From an uncultured Nitrososphaerota archaeon (GTDB taxonomy: Archaea; Asgardarchaeota; Njordarchaeia; Njordarchaeales; Njordarchaeaceae): a DNA stretch of 59,564 bases. The DNA lies in contig CAZFGR010000012.1 of the NCBI GenBank assembly GCA_964518475.1, positions 1 through 59,564 of the forward strand, written 5' to 3'. The notes beneath the pieces were generated by a model, which was not told the origin of the DNA, made no database searches, and saw only the letters and a program-made list of their open reading frames with translations. This document shows positions 17,992 through 28,241 of the stretch, in pieces. Each line of letters starts with the position of its first letter. Within the stretch, counting starts at the first letter, position 1. The position numbers were made by a program, and so were the translations under genes.

Positions 17992-19426
17992 TTTTTTCAT
18001 TCAAATACATCATCTCTAACTTCTCACTTAAATATTCAGCAGCAGACTTCGCTTCTATGATCTCGTCATTACTCATAAGCCTGACATATCCGTCAGTCGT
18101 CATTACCCAATATCTCTTTCTAATTTCTGTGAATCTTCGAATGATTTTTGAGTCATCACCTACCCACTTAAGCTTGTAATCTCTAATAAGGATCCCCCCA
18201 ACTACGGAGTTCGTCGGTAAGTTTATCTCGTTACCGAAATAATCTAGAAGTTTTCTATTGCTTCCTAGTTTCACCCGGATAATGTTTTTCCCTCTAAGAA
18301 TAAGTCTCCGTAATATATCATTCTCATCAAGGATCTTCGGCATTCCATAATATTTTATCTCTGGCTGTAATTTAGCTAGTGGAGACTCCAATTTAAGACC
18401 TAAAGCATCTAAATACTCACTGACTCTCTCTATCATCTCCTCAACAGCTTCGTAAGCACTTATCTCCTCATTACCGAATAAGAAGAAAGCATCAATTCCG
18501 TCTCTTATTGCACGATCCCTGTTCTCTATTAGATTACTTTTCTCCTTTATACGTTCCCCTCTAATCATTTTATGTAAACCTTCAAGCGCAAGAGCAAGTG
18601 TTATTTTTATTAAATCGATTAGAAATCTCTCATCTGATTGATTATCGAATACTCTTATCTCTATTCTTGTCTCTCTAATAGACTTCCTATAATCCTCAAC
18701 AATATTTGTTATAGGTCCACGCGGCGTAATATCCAGTAATCTGCTACCCGTCTCATGTGCAACTAGTTTATATTCCTGTTTTTTAGGCTTGTTGAAAAGA
18801 ATAATGTACTTAAAAGTAGTTCTCTTGCTTCTAGGTACAATAGAGAGAGGCATCCTTCTCAATTTTGCAAAACTCGACTTTTTCAATACTCTACTAAATC
18901 TCAGTCTAGAACTCATGAATCCAGAATATTCCCCAGCGCAAATTGGAGTATTAGCTGAGAGAGATATGAGTTCCGGTAAGTGATTCCTTATATTGTTATA
19001 GACGTATTGAAGAGTCCTTATCGGTAATTTCCTATTGTTTCTTCTCCAAACAGATATGTTGATGTGCGTACCATTTATGGGAAAAGGCGAGCTTTGAACA
19101 GGATGCATGCTTCCTACGTAAATCAGTAATCCCAATTTTTTTGCTGCCTTAGCGATCAATTCACGACCAAAAATAATCGCTTCGCGAATAGCCTCTATTG
19201 GCAATGGATGGGTAACATATTCTATTTGGCTAGGATTTGGTTCCCATTGTAACCCAAACAAAAACTTTCTAGCAATCTCTAAAAGCTCAGAGGACTCTCT
19301 TAACATATTAGCAAGTACTTTCGATACGGGCTCTGCTGCTTTTACGAGAAAACCTCTTGAATTAACGATGAATAGTTCTTCCTCGATACCTACTCTAAAC
19401 TTGTATCGGGACAACAATGACTCCAA
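17981..19426 (-). CDS. Glutamate-cysteine ligase-like (GCS2/YbdK) carboxylate-amine ligase with a C-terminal extension
   Basis: GIEEE, QIE, GTHINIS, LSANTP, S.R and EIRVFD motifs. Confidence 0.8.
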   Translation of the reverse strand: MESLLSRYKFRVGIEEELFIVNSRGFLVKAAEPVSKVLANMLRESSELLEIARKFLFGLQWEPNPSQIEYVTHPLPIEAIREAIIFGRELIAKAAKKLGLLIYVGSMHPVQSSPFPINGTHINISVWRRNNRKLPIRTLQYVYNNIRNHLPELISLSANTPICAGEYSGFMSSRLRFSRVLKKSSFAKLRRMPLSIVPRSKRTTFKYIILFNKPKKQEYKLVAHETGSRLLDITPRGPITNIVEDYRKSIRETRIEIRVFDNQSDERFLIDLIKITLALALEGLHKMIRGERIKEKSNLIENRDRAIRDGIDAFFLFGNEEISAYEAVEEMIERVSEYLDALGLKLESPLAKLQPEIKYYGMPKILDENDILRRLILRGKNIIRVKLGSNRKLLDYFGNEINLPTNSVVGGILIRDYKLKWVGDDSKIIRRFTEIRKRYWVMTTDGYVRLMSNDEIIEAKSAAEYLSEKLEMMYLNEKIND

Positions 19427-19438
19427 AGTACCTCTCCT

Positions 19439-20356
19439 CTACAAGTTTATCGAATTTATATACTCTATCAGGGCTTTCTCAGCCGCTCTCCTCTTTTTCG
19501 CTTTCACCAGATTCAAGAACTCCAATTGAATCGCATTTATGAATGGGGGGAGAGAGTGGTACCTTATTATGTCCCCACCAATGTACTTGCGCTCCAGAAT
19601 AGGTCTCAAACCATGACTAGCTAACTTATCAAAAAGTTCAACTACAAGTGTTCTGGAAGAAGATAAACCACCAAAAACACCAATTTCTACATCATATTCC
19701 CCATTACTTCGCGGAGCACTGTGGATATCTAGAATAAGTCTTATCTTATTTTCCTCCAACGATAATTTTTCTATAATTCTCCTAAAAGGCGTTAACCTAG
19801 CTATTTTACGGTTATAATCTATAAATGTTCTTGATACCCTCGATATTAACGCATAAGCCCCCGTAGCTTTAGCTACTCTTCTTACAAGCTCTTCCACTCC
19901 CTCATCTCGCATTGGTGCTTGAGAATGGGGCGCGGTCAAAAGAACTGGTTTGTTCCCTCCTATAAACTCGACTCCTCTTGTCAGATCTTCCACGGGGAGA
20001 GGAAGATCAAAATGCTTAGCTACTTCAAACAATTCCTTCTTAGCAGAGCTCCATAAAGACCTAGTATTCTCCACAATAGTTTTCTCTAAAGCATCCCTTA
20101 GAATCCTAACGAAATTTACGCTTCTACCTATCTTTTTTCCAAACTTACCAAGGAAAATCTGTAACGGAAAAACCCATAGTAGCGTATAAGAAACATCTCT
20201 TTCAAGAAAATCAAAGTTCTTAATCCTCTGAACTGTTCTTTCTACAAGAGCTTTATCTATTTTATCTCTTCTTAAACTTTCCTCTAATCTATTTATGTTA
20301 GAGTATAGCCGTACTATGTTAAGGTATTTTAGCCTCTCTCTAAAATTCACATACAC
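19439..20356 (-). CDS. N-formylglutamate amidohydrolase-like Zn peptidase with an N-terminal helical extension
   Basis: LLTAPHS, SR..IDYNR, LDIHS and NAIQLE motifs. Confidence 0.75.
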   Translation of the reverse strand: MYVNFRERLKYLNIVRLYSNINRLEESLRRDKIDKALVERTVQRIKNFDFLERDVSYTLLWVFPLQIFLGKFGKKIGRSVNFVRILRDALEKTIVENTRSLWSSAKKELFEVAKHFDLPLPVEDLTRGVEFIGGNKPVLLTAPHSQAPMRDEGVEELVRRVAKATGAYALISRVSRTFIDYNRKIARLTPFRRIIEKLSLEENKIRLILDIHSAPRSNGEYDVEIGVFGGLSSSRTLVVELFDKLASHGLRPILERKYIGGDIIRYHSLPPFINAIQLEFLNLVKAKKRRAAEKALIEYINSINL

Positions 20357-20388
20357 CCCCCTAATATTCTATATTACTGCGTAATGAT

Positions 20389-21642
20389 TTATACCGCCTC
20401 ACTAATGGCTTTAGAAAGTTCAAGAACTATTACTTCTAGTTTCTTCAGAAGCGATCCTCCGATTACTACTACATGATCATCAAGTTGAAAAGTCTTATCA
20501 GCGATCCTTAGAACTCCACCTCGACTCTTTACGACTCTGATACTCTCTTTACTCGTGGGATCAATTAGTGCTAGGATAGGTGAGCCCCCAGCGGATACAT
20601 TACTTACCACATTTTCGTATCTGAGGCAACCATTATTGATAGGAGCTGGTGCACGGCGAAGGTGCACGCTTACGAGACGCCCCATGAAACCATACACCCT
20701 TATATCAAAAGCATAGTGGAGATTATTCGACAGTAAGACCGGCATTATGGGTACTAGCTCTTGTACAAGTAGGTATTTTCCATTCTGTATCTCCTTTTCT
20801 ATCTCTCCTTTTTTCGCCTCGAGTTCCTCTCTTGAATTAATCACTATGATACCCTTACCTCCAGAACCACTAGCTGGCTTGATTATAGCTTTCTTACCCA
20901 TTTCCAATAATTCCTCTACGTACCTCAGTATTTTGTTTCCCGATCTTGAATACCATGTCAATGGTATTCTTAAGTACTTAACCAACTCCTGATTAGAATT
21001 CAAGAGTTTTGTGACAACATTATATGTACGGATTTTGCTACCAGTGATATAGCCGACTTCGGATGGATTTACAACAACCTGTTTTAATCCCTTAGGGAAG
21101 TCAAAACTTCGCCTAATAATAAGATCTGGATATACTTCATTACCCGTTTCAGGGTCAATAAACCCAGCATAGCTATTCCTGGCCAAGATTTTTGACTTAC
21201 CAACAATCCAGCTCTTAATACCTCTCCTCTTTAATGCATAGCTAATGGCTATCCTCTCTGGATTAAGAAAACTCTCCCTATGGGGAGGAACCGTTACCAT
21301 AGCCGTTCGTGGCCATTCATTCCTCTCATAGTAATAGTGGAGAAGACACATCTCCACGAATCTATCAACCAGCTTAGCAACATCTTTTACTAAGTTCTTT
21401 TCATAGGGTGGTAGGAATCGTCCTTGTATTCTAGCAATGACTGAGACAACATATATTCCCGCTGGCACAGCATTCGCTTCAAGAAAGTATAAATACCCAT
21501 CTCTTCCCAAGAGGAGATCATAGCCCTCATAAGGATAGTACTTAACACGTGCCCATTCCTCTCTCGTAGCAAAGAATTCGCGTAAAATCAACAATTTGTC
21601 CCACCAATTCGGGGAGGGGAGAAAATCGAATACCTTTAACAA
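20389..21642 (-). CDS. Circularly permuted ATP-grasp peptide ligase
   Basis: YDLL..FLEANAVP near the N-terminus, followed by IIKP..GSGGKGI, VQE, DIRVY and SNVSAGG. Confidence 0.75.
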   Translation of the reverse strand: MLKVFDFLPSPNWWDKLLILREFFATREEWARVKYYPYEGYDLLLGRDGYLYFLEANAVPAGIYVVSVIARIQGRFLPPYEKNLVKDVAKLVDRFVEMCLLHYYYERNEWPRTAMVTVPPHRESFLNPERIAISYALKRRGIKSWIVGKSKILARNSYAGFIDPETGNEVYPDLIIRRSFDFPKGLKQVVVNPSEVGYITGSKIRTYNVVTKLLNSNQELVKYLRIPLTWYSRSGNKILRYVEELLEMGKKAIIKPASGSGGKGIIVINSREELEAKKGEIEKEIQNGKYLLVQELVPIMPVLLSNNLHYAFDIRVYGFMGRLVSVHLRRAPAPINNGCLRYENVVSNVSAGGSPILALIDPTSKESIRVVKSRGGVLRIADKTFQLDDHVVVIGGSLLKKLEVIVLELSKAISEAV

Positions 21643-21932
21643 CCAAAGAATATATAAATTTTATTCCCACATTTTCCAAGGAAAAACAAAAGATTCAATG
21701 CAAATACGATTTAACTGATAATCATCATCATACATTCCGGATGGGTTATTATTTTGAAGTTAAAAGCTATGTATTCTGTCTAAGATACAGATTTAACATA
21801 TATCTTTAAATTTCTAGAAACGAGAGTTGATAAGGGGTGATTTTTTAAGAAATCCTCTTTACACACATGGAAAGGGCTTTTATAAGTTATAATTATGTGA
21901 TGGAAATATTTAGAAGAGAAGAGATGAGATAT

Positions 21933-22535
21933 ATGCCTGTTAGAGAAGTACAGGTAAAAATTGTTTTAATCGGGGACGGTGCTGTAGGCAAGACTTCTAT
22001 TGCTCAAAGATTTCTCGGAAAAGAATTTACTCACGAGTACATCATGACCGTTGGGGTTGATTTCTACAAGAAAGAGACTAAGGTTGAGTTCCCAGAGTAT
22101 GGAGAGGTAAGATTTATTTGGCATATATGGGATTTAGCAGGTCAGCCCCACTGGAAGCATGTAAGACCCGCATTCTATCTGGGTGCTAGAGGTGCTATCT
22201 TAGTATTCGATATAGCGAATAGAGATTCCTATCAAAACGCTATAGAGTGGGCGAAAGAATTTATAAGACACGCTGGAGGAAAATATCCACTGGTGTTAGT
22301 TGGTAATAAAATTGATCTGCGAGAAAATATTCCGGGTTGCATAACGCCTAAAGAAGGCAGAGAACTTGCTAAGGAGCTCTCCAATCTTTTCGGATTCGAA
22401 GTTCCGTATATAGAGACATCCGCTTTACTAAACATTAACATAGATAAGGCGTTCCAGGAACTTGGAAAACTTATAGTGAAGCGAACTGTGGAAGAACTCG
22501 AAAGAAAGAAATCATCTCTCGAAGACATTGGGTGA
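21933..22535 (+). CDS. Rab-like small GTPase (Ras superfamily)
   Basis: G1 GDGAVGKT, TVGVDF, G3 WDLAGQ, G4 GNKID and G5 ETSA; start uncertain (21867-21933). Confidence 0.92.
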   Translation: MPVREVQVKIVLIGDGAVGKTSIAQRFLGKEFTHEYIMTVGVDFYKKETKVEFPEYGEVRFIWHIWDLAGQPHWKHVRPAFYLGARGAILVFDIANRDSYQNAIEWAKEFIRHAGGKYPLVLVGNKIDLRENIPGCITPKEGRELAKELSNLFGFEVPYIETSALLNINIDKAFQELGKLIVKRTVEELERKKSSLEDIG

Positions 22536-22727
22536 TCTCCCTAAAGAACTTTTCATTTACATAATTCTTGAATACGAATCTTTTTGCTGATATATTTAAC
22601 ATCAATCTTTAAAAAGTGAGTAACATTTTTGTGACTTAGGTACCAATCTTAAAACTTGTGAAAAGGCTATCTATTTGCTTACTATACTACAGAACTGGGG
22701 TATATATCGGCTCTTCAGGGGAGAGTA

Positions 22728-23663
22728 TTGGTAACAATTACTGATCCTTGGATACTGATCTTTTTCATAGGCATAGGTATATTTGCGACTTTCTTATTAT
22801 TGCTTATCTTACTAATCCGGAGAGGGGCTGGAAGAAGAGCCCTTGAGCATCCAAAAATTCCCGCACCTCCAGAGAAGACTGTTGAAGTAGTTACAGAAGA
22901 AGAGAGAATTGCTTTAGAGGAAATGCTTGTCCCGGAGCAACCAAAGACTATGATTATTCATAGTGTGTCATCAGATATAAATTCTCTTGCTAAAGAGATA
23001 CTTAGATGGTGTGAAGAAACCGATTTTTGCAGTGCTCTTGCAGATCATTTATTCAATAGCTTATCAGAAAGTGCGGTACGAAACCTATTGAAGATCTCCA
23101 GTAGTCAGTTGAAAAAAATTAGATTTGGAGAGTTTACAATTGACCAATTAACAACGATACTTGAGTATTTCAGGACAAACAGCCCCGGAACGTTAGATGA
23201 GTTAGCAAGCAAGTATTTGCCAGATTATCTCCAGAGAGCCGTGAAATCTTTCATAAGAAAGAAGAAGATAGAAGAATTCTCTGATATAATTGGTGCTTTG
23301 CGGAGAAATGGTCTAAAGTCCATAATAATAATCTCCGTTACCAAAGATTTTGGAGCTTGGCCAGGATACGTAATTGGAATGACGTCCTTAGGCTGGAAAT
23401 TGCTCCGAACGCCTCCCTTGTCTTCAGAATTATTGATAACAGCCAAGTATGCCCGTTACATAGAGACAATATCAGGAGAAAATCTTATTCTTCGTGAAAT
23501 AGTTAGGCCAGGAGAACAATTCTTGGTTATAGGGGAGATAAATGATCGCTCCAGAATTCATCAGGCCGAAGCGATTATTGAGAAAATCGCTAAGATTATT
23601 CAAGAAAATAAATTAAGGGAACCCGATTTCATCAATACTCTTAGGAGAATAATTACTGAATAG
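22728..23663 (+). CDS. N-terminally membrane-anchored protein with a possible C-terminal longin/uDENN-like domain
   Basis: Single N-terminal TM helix, Pro/Glu-rich linker, C-terminal alpha/beta domain (SIIIISVTKDFGAWP). Fold assignment is inferred. Confidence 0.55.
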   Translation: MVTITDPWILIFFIGIGIFATFLLLLILLIRRGAGRRALEHPKIPAPPEKTVEVVTEEERIALEEMLVPEQPKTMIIHSVSSDINSLAKEILRWCEETDFCSALADHLFNSLSESAVRNLLKISSSQLKKIRFGEFTIDQLTTILEYFRTNSPGTLDELASKYLPDYLQRAVKSFIRKKKIEEFSDIIGALRRNGLKSIIIISVTKDFGAWPGYVIGMTSLGWKLLRTPPLSSELLITAKYARYIETISGENLILREIVRPGEQFLVIGEINDRSRIHQAEAIIEKIAKIIQENKLREPDFINTLRRIITE

Positions 23664-25833
23664 ATGCGAGTAGCTCCAATACTTTTCTGGCTTCCTTTCT
23701 AAAGCCTCTCTTTTCGAGAATTTCAGTGGTTAATCGGAGTTTATGCTTGAAATGTTGAATGAGGAGAATTCTATCTTTAAGATGTGGGTATTTTCTAATA
23801 AACTCCGTTATTAAGGATCCCACAAGTATTGCTGAGTAATATAGTCTAGTTAAGTACTCTGGATCGCTTGCTATGACGTAATCTATCTCTTCTAGATCGT
23901 CTAAGAAATTCAAAATTTCTTGTTCATCGCAGTATTCTAGGAGTTTTTTGATAAGCCTTACGCAGAAATACAGAAATTCCAGAGACGTCATTCCTTTGTT
24001 AAAGGCTTGTTTAACCAGTCTACGATACATATTATAGATCCTTTTTAGTATGCTTAGTTTCACTGATTCGTCAGGAATAAAGCCTACTAATCGCCATAGA
24101 GTTGCTAATAGGTTATGCTCAAACCTTATTCTCCTCATAGAATCTAATTCCTTAAAGATAAGACGAAAATCTTCGAGAGATATTTTCTCTATAATTAGTA
24201 AAGGAACCCATAAGAATTCACTCGTAATCATTTTAAACTGTTCAGTTATGATGCCGTACTCATGCAGAATCGTAACTAATTGGCCTATGAATTCCCTCGG
24301 AGGTAATGCTCCTTTAAACCAATTAGTGAACAATACTTTCTCAAACTCGCTAACTAACATGCTTGATATTTGAAGGATCTCATCTCTATTCACGATCTCC
24401 CCGAGGAAACTAATGAGGAATGATAATATGTGAATAACTCCCTGAGCAATGTTGTAAAGAACTTCATGACCAATAAAGACCCCTTTTAACAACAAATCTT
24501 TCATATACCTCTTGATGATGTTCTCGTAGATATCTAGGACTATGGTTCTAAGATCATCAAAAGGGAGACCTCCAGATTCGAAAATCAATCCCATAATGAT
24601 CGATAAGGAGGATAATGAAAACATTAACTGCCTAATATATTCCTCATTCGATAGTTTAAAGATTCTTAGCTTCTTCTCAGCGTTTTTCTCATATGCTAGA
24701 ATACTCTCTATTATTTCCTTCCTATTAAAAATATAATAATCTCCGATCTCGTTCCACTTCTTATATAGATATAGCCTATATCGAATATCATGCATGACCC
24801 TTGTCGCTTTTAACCAGTTATAGAAGAAGAGGTAGCCTCCCTCCTTAAGCTTAAGTGTTATTACTTTACCAATCCTTGTTCTGAAGAGAGGAACCATGGA
24901 ATAATAATTTGTTGGAGCGAGAAGAATGAGAATGATGTCTCTCTCTTTCTTAAAATCTTCTCCAAAAACCAAAGCAGCGATATCTTCTCCATTACCTTCT
25001 AGAAATTTCTCGAATCCTTCTGGAGATGATGCTATGTAAGCCCCTATTTCCTCGAGAATATATTTCGGCAATACTTGGTATCTCTGATCAAGGGAATTAG
25101 AAATATCTATGATTTTATTTTTTAGTTCCTCAAAACTTAACGTTTTATAATTAGCAGTTGATAACAGAATGAGCAGCTCTACCTTCGTAGCTAATAGTTT
25201 CAGCAATGGATTATCGGAAGCTTCTAGTGCTCCAATGTTTTGCCATGCCTTCTTCAAATCTCCTGTCTTAAGCGCTTCTCGGACTTCATCAAAAACCATC
25301 TTAATATTTTTTACTTTCTTCTGTCTAGGTCTACTTTTTATGCTAGAATGTACTTTCTCCTCGAATTGTTTTAACTCATTTTTAGCGCGTTTCAGTAAAT
25401 CCTTAGGTAGATTGCTCAGTATATCTTTTAATAACGCGTAGTATTCTTCCTCAGTAATTTCTTCGATCCTCTCTTTTAGTGATTCATCCAAGATCCTATG
25501 GATCCGCTCCGATAGAACCTTTGTTACCAAGTCGATCTTTCCCGCTACCACTTTCTCGATCCTGTAAAGAACTTTTTTAAGTTGGGGAATAACGGCATCC
25601 TGAAATTCCTTACCAACAATGCCGATAAGAAGAAGATCTGGAGTGAAAAAACTTCTCATTACAATGATTGAGGACGTTGGGTCCTCTATTCTACGAATTC
25701 CTCCTAAACCAAAGGTGGTAGAGAGTAGGGATGCAGCAGAAATTAGAGGAGATGGGGCCTCTTTTTCCTCTGCTTTTTTCCACTTAGCGATCAGCATTCC
25801 CCCTTGTGTTATCACTAGTGCTGATCGTATCAT
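23653..25833 (-). CDS. N-terminal longin/roadblock-like domain plus a long alpha-helical (solenoid-like) region
   Basis: MIRSALVITQGGMLIAKW...LISAAS start resembles longin beta1-beta2-alpha1; the remainder is helical. Confidence 0.55.
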   Translation of the reverse strand: MIRSALVITQGGMLIAKWKKAEEKEAPSPLISAASLLSTTFGLGGIRRIEDPTSSIIVMRSFFTPDLLLIGIVGKEFQDAVIPQLKKVLYRIEKVVAGKIDLVTKVLSERIHRILDESLKERIEEITEEEYYALLKDILSNLPKDLLKRAKNELKQFEEKVHSSIKSRPRQKKVKNIKMVFDEVREALKTGDLKKAWQNIGALEASDNPLLKLLATKVELLILLSTANYKTLSFEELKNKIIDISNSLDQRYQVLPKYILEEIGAYIASSPEGFEKFLEGNGEDIAALVFGEDFKKERDIILILLAPTNYYSMVPLFRTRIGKVITLKLKEGGYLFFYNWLKATRVMHDIRYRLYLYKKWNEIGDYYIFNRKEIIESILAYEKNAEKKLRIFKLSNEEYIRQLMFSLSSLSIIMGLIFESGGLPFDDLRTIVLDIYENIIKRYMKDLLLKGVFIGHEVLYNIAQGVIHILSFLISFLGEIVNRDEILQISSMLVSEFEKVLFTNWFKGALPPREFIGQLVTILHEYGIITEQFKMITSEFLWVPLLIIEKISLEDFRLIFKELDSMRRIRFEHNLLATLWRLVGFIPDESVKLSILKRIYNMYRRLVKQAFNKGMTSLEFLYFCVRLIKKLLEYCDEQEILNFLDDLEEIDYVIASDPEYLTRLYYSAILVGSLITEFIRKYPHLKDRILLIQHFKHKLRLTTEILEKRGFRKEARKVLELLASIQ

Positions 25834-25947
25834 TTCCGATCTACTCTGTCCTAGCTCTCCATCCAGATAATGCCTTTTTTTAAAAGCATACTTTTTGGAT
25901 AAATAAAAAATATTGCTAATGTTTCTGTTTCCTAGAACAATAATTAA

Positions 25948-26592
25948 TCACTGTTTCGCGAGTGATTCTATTAACTCCTCTATAGAATCCGGCACCTCAT
26001 TTAGCACAACTTTGGAGTTATTCAGAATAACTACAGGGAACCCATCATATTCAAACTTTTCAAGCTCCTTGCCAGCCTCTAAAGCATCTATTATATTAAT
26101 ATTCAGTGAGAATACTTCATAGGCTAAGTGAATAAGCATTCTACCAAGTCTATAACACGCATGCCCAGGAAGAACATAGAGATCAATCTCTCCTCCGAAT
26201 CCTTTTAACATCTCCCGCTGCGATTCACTAAGTTTGTAGGGGACTAGGCTCTCTCCACTTATACATACAGCCTCAATAACCAGTTTTTCTAGTTTCCCAA
26301 TCATCCAGCCGACGAAGCGTAACCTATTCCCATAGCCTGTTTCAATAGATAATATCGGAGAACTCTGGAACCTGTTGGCTAGTGATTTAATAGCCTCTGG
26401 TATTTCATTCTTAACAACCACTCTATCGCTTGACATTTTTTTCAATGAGTGCAAAAGCTCTTCTACTCTTTCATAATAATAGGGATCCCCCCTCCTAACA
26501 TAGCATATAGTGACCTCTCTACTCAGTCTCGATAAAGCATTTGTAAGAAAACTCATTTCTAATTCGATGCTAAAATCGATACTGGAAGACAT
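25948..26592 (-). CDS. Double thioredoxin-fold protein (PDO/AhpF-NTD-like) with degenerate active sites
   Basis: LRFVG..G.E, LSE...E.L and IIDALE..E...Y....FP.VILN pattern; no intact CxxC. Confidence 0.65.
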   Translation of the reverse strand: MSSSIDFSIELEMSFLTNALSRLSREVTICYVRRGDPYYYERVEELLHSLKKMSSDRVVVKNEIPEAIKSLANRFQSSPILSIETGYGNRLRFVGWMIGKLEKLVIEAVCISGESLVPYKLSESQREMLKGFGGEIDLYVLPGHACYRLGRMLIHLAYEVFSLNINIIDALEAGKELEKFEYDGFPVVILNNSKVVLNEVPDSIEELIESLAKQ

Positions 26593-26836
26593 TCCTTATC
26601 CCCAGGAGAATCATTTCTCATAATTGGGATATATCATAATGTTTGAAAAAGCATGAAGTATATTTCTGTACAATGTTTATGAAAAAATTGAAATTTTCCA
26701 TAAGCTCCGTATTACGTAATTCACCGTATCATCTATTATCCTTGGCGATTAAGAATAAAATCACATTTAAAGACTCTATTGAAAAAATATGCTTAGAGAC
26801 AGCTATGAACATCATTACCATTTCGATATAATATGA

Positions 26837-28225
26837 GTGGTAAGAAAAATGCCTCTATCAACAACGCTCTTTAAGATTTTTATCACACCCTTTATAGTGA
26901 GAACTTATAAAAAATGGTACGAAGAAACTGTTGATTGGAAAAAGAATGATTGGAGAAACTGGCAAGCTGAGAGATTTGAAGAAATAAAGAAATCTAAGTG
27001 GACATTAAGACATTTTCCATGGCTAAAAGAAATCACATACGATGATCTTACTAGCATTCCCGTGCAGGAACACTATGTTGAAGCACCATCAGACTTTCCG
27101 GCGTTTGTATCTTACCAGAGTACGGGAACTATTGAGAAAAAGACTGTCAAATTTACAAAACGCGACGTAATGATGTTTCTCAAAGCGATAGGTAGGTATA
27201 TATTATGGCTAAAGGGAGAGACCCAAATGAAAAAAGGTGTTGTAATTGGGTATCCAGGATTAATAGTATGGGAATTCGGGAAACTATTTGATAAAGTATT
27301 TTGTAAGAAATGCTACTTAATGACCTACGAGGAATTCCTTAAGAAAAAGAAGGAAATAGCTAAAAGATCACCTCTTGACTCAGCTCTACTAACACTACCA
27401 GTCGCTATTCCATTTATAGAGAACCTAGAAAGGGGTCTATTTACCTCTCCTTCATTCTTCTTCGTGGGAGGAGATGTTGTAACTGACTATATACGCCTCT
27501 TATTGCATGAGAAAACCTTGGAACTGGACTTACTAGCATACTTGGTTGATATTTATGGAACCTCTGAGATAAGCTTAGGGGGTATGGAGATCCCCCCGCG
27601 AGTAACTAAGGCTAATGCTTATGTCCCTGAGACATTCATAGGCTTAATAAAGAAGACAGATGGATCATTAGTAAACATATTTGACGCGAAAAGAGGAGAA
27701 GAAGGGGAATTGATAGCTACTACTCTCGCTGAATATACGGTACCTAATTATAACCTGAGAGATGTAGTAAGAATAGTTAATGAAGAAACTCCTCTAGGTG
27801 TCCCAAGCTTCCAAGTTCTAGGAAAATCCTCCCGAAAAGTTCACTTGGCATTAAAAACATTAGGAGAGATAAGGGGGCTTAGTGCAGCATTTTTCCGAGT
27901 AAAAGGCATCTCCATAAATTCATTTGCTTTAGTGAATTTCATAGGAAAGAGCTTCGCTAGTGATTGTCTTATTCTTATAGAGGAAAAAGAGAAAAACGTT
28001 TACATGCGCATATTTGTAGAAAAACCCATAAATGAAGAAGAATTCTTTTCTAAACTGCAAGAGGATCCCGACATCGGTTATTTAATAGATGATATGAAAA
28101 TAGGAATACTCAATATTGAAATTATTCATGACAATGAAGTTATTAACGATCTTAGAGAAGTTGTAAGAAGAAAATGGGGTCTGCAAGCAGAACATCCTAG
28201 AGTAATATTATTAAAGGATAAATAA
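26837..28225 (+). CDS. Divergent adenylate-forming enzyme (PaaK/LuxE/GH3-like)
   Basis: QSTGT..K P-loop, GGD, DIYGTSE, GELIATT and NYNLRD motifs. Confidence 0.7.
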   Translation: MVRKMPLSTTLFKIFITPFIVRTYKKWYEETVDWKKNDWRNWQAERFEEIKKSKWTLRHFPWLKEITYDDLTSIPVQEHYVEAPSDFPAFVSYQSTGTIEKKTVKFTKRDVMMFLKAIGRYILWLKGETQMKKGVVIGYPGLIVWEFGKLFDKVFCKKCYLMTYEEFLKKKKEIAKRSPLDSALLTLPVAIPFIENLERGLFTSPSFFFVGGDVVTDYIRLLLHEKTLELDLLAYLVDIYGTSEISLGGMEIPPRVTKANAYVPETFIGLIKKTDGSLVNIFDAKRGEEGELIATTLAEYTVPNYNLRDVVRIVNEETPLGVPSFQVLGKSSRKVHLALKTLGEIRGLSAAFFRVKGISINSFALVNFIGKSFASDCLILIEEKEKNVYMRIFVEKPINEEEFFSKLQEDPDIGYLIDDMKIGILNIEIIHDNEVINDLREVVRRKWGLQAEHPRVILLKDK

Positions 28226-28241
28226 CTGCTGAGGAAGAAAA

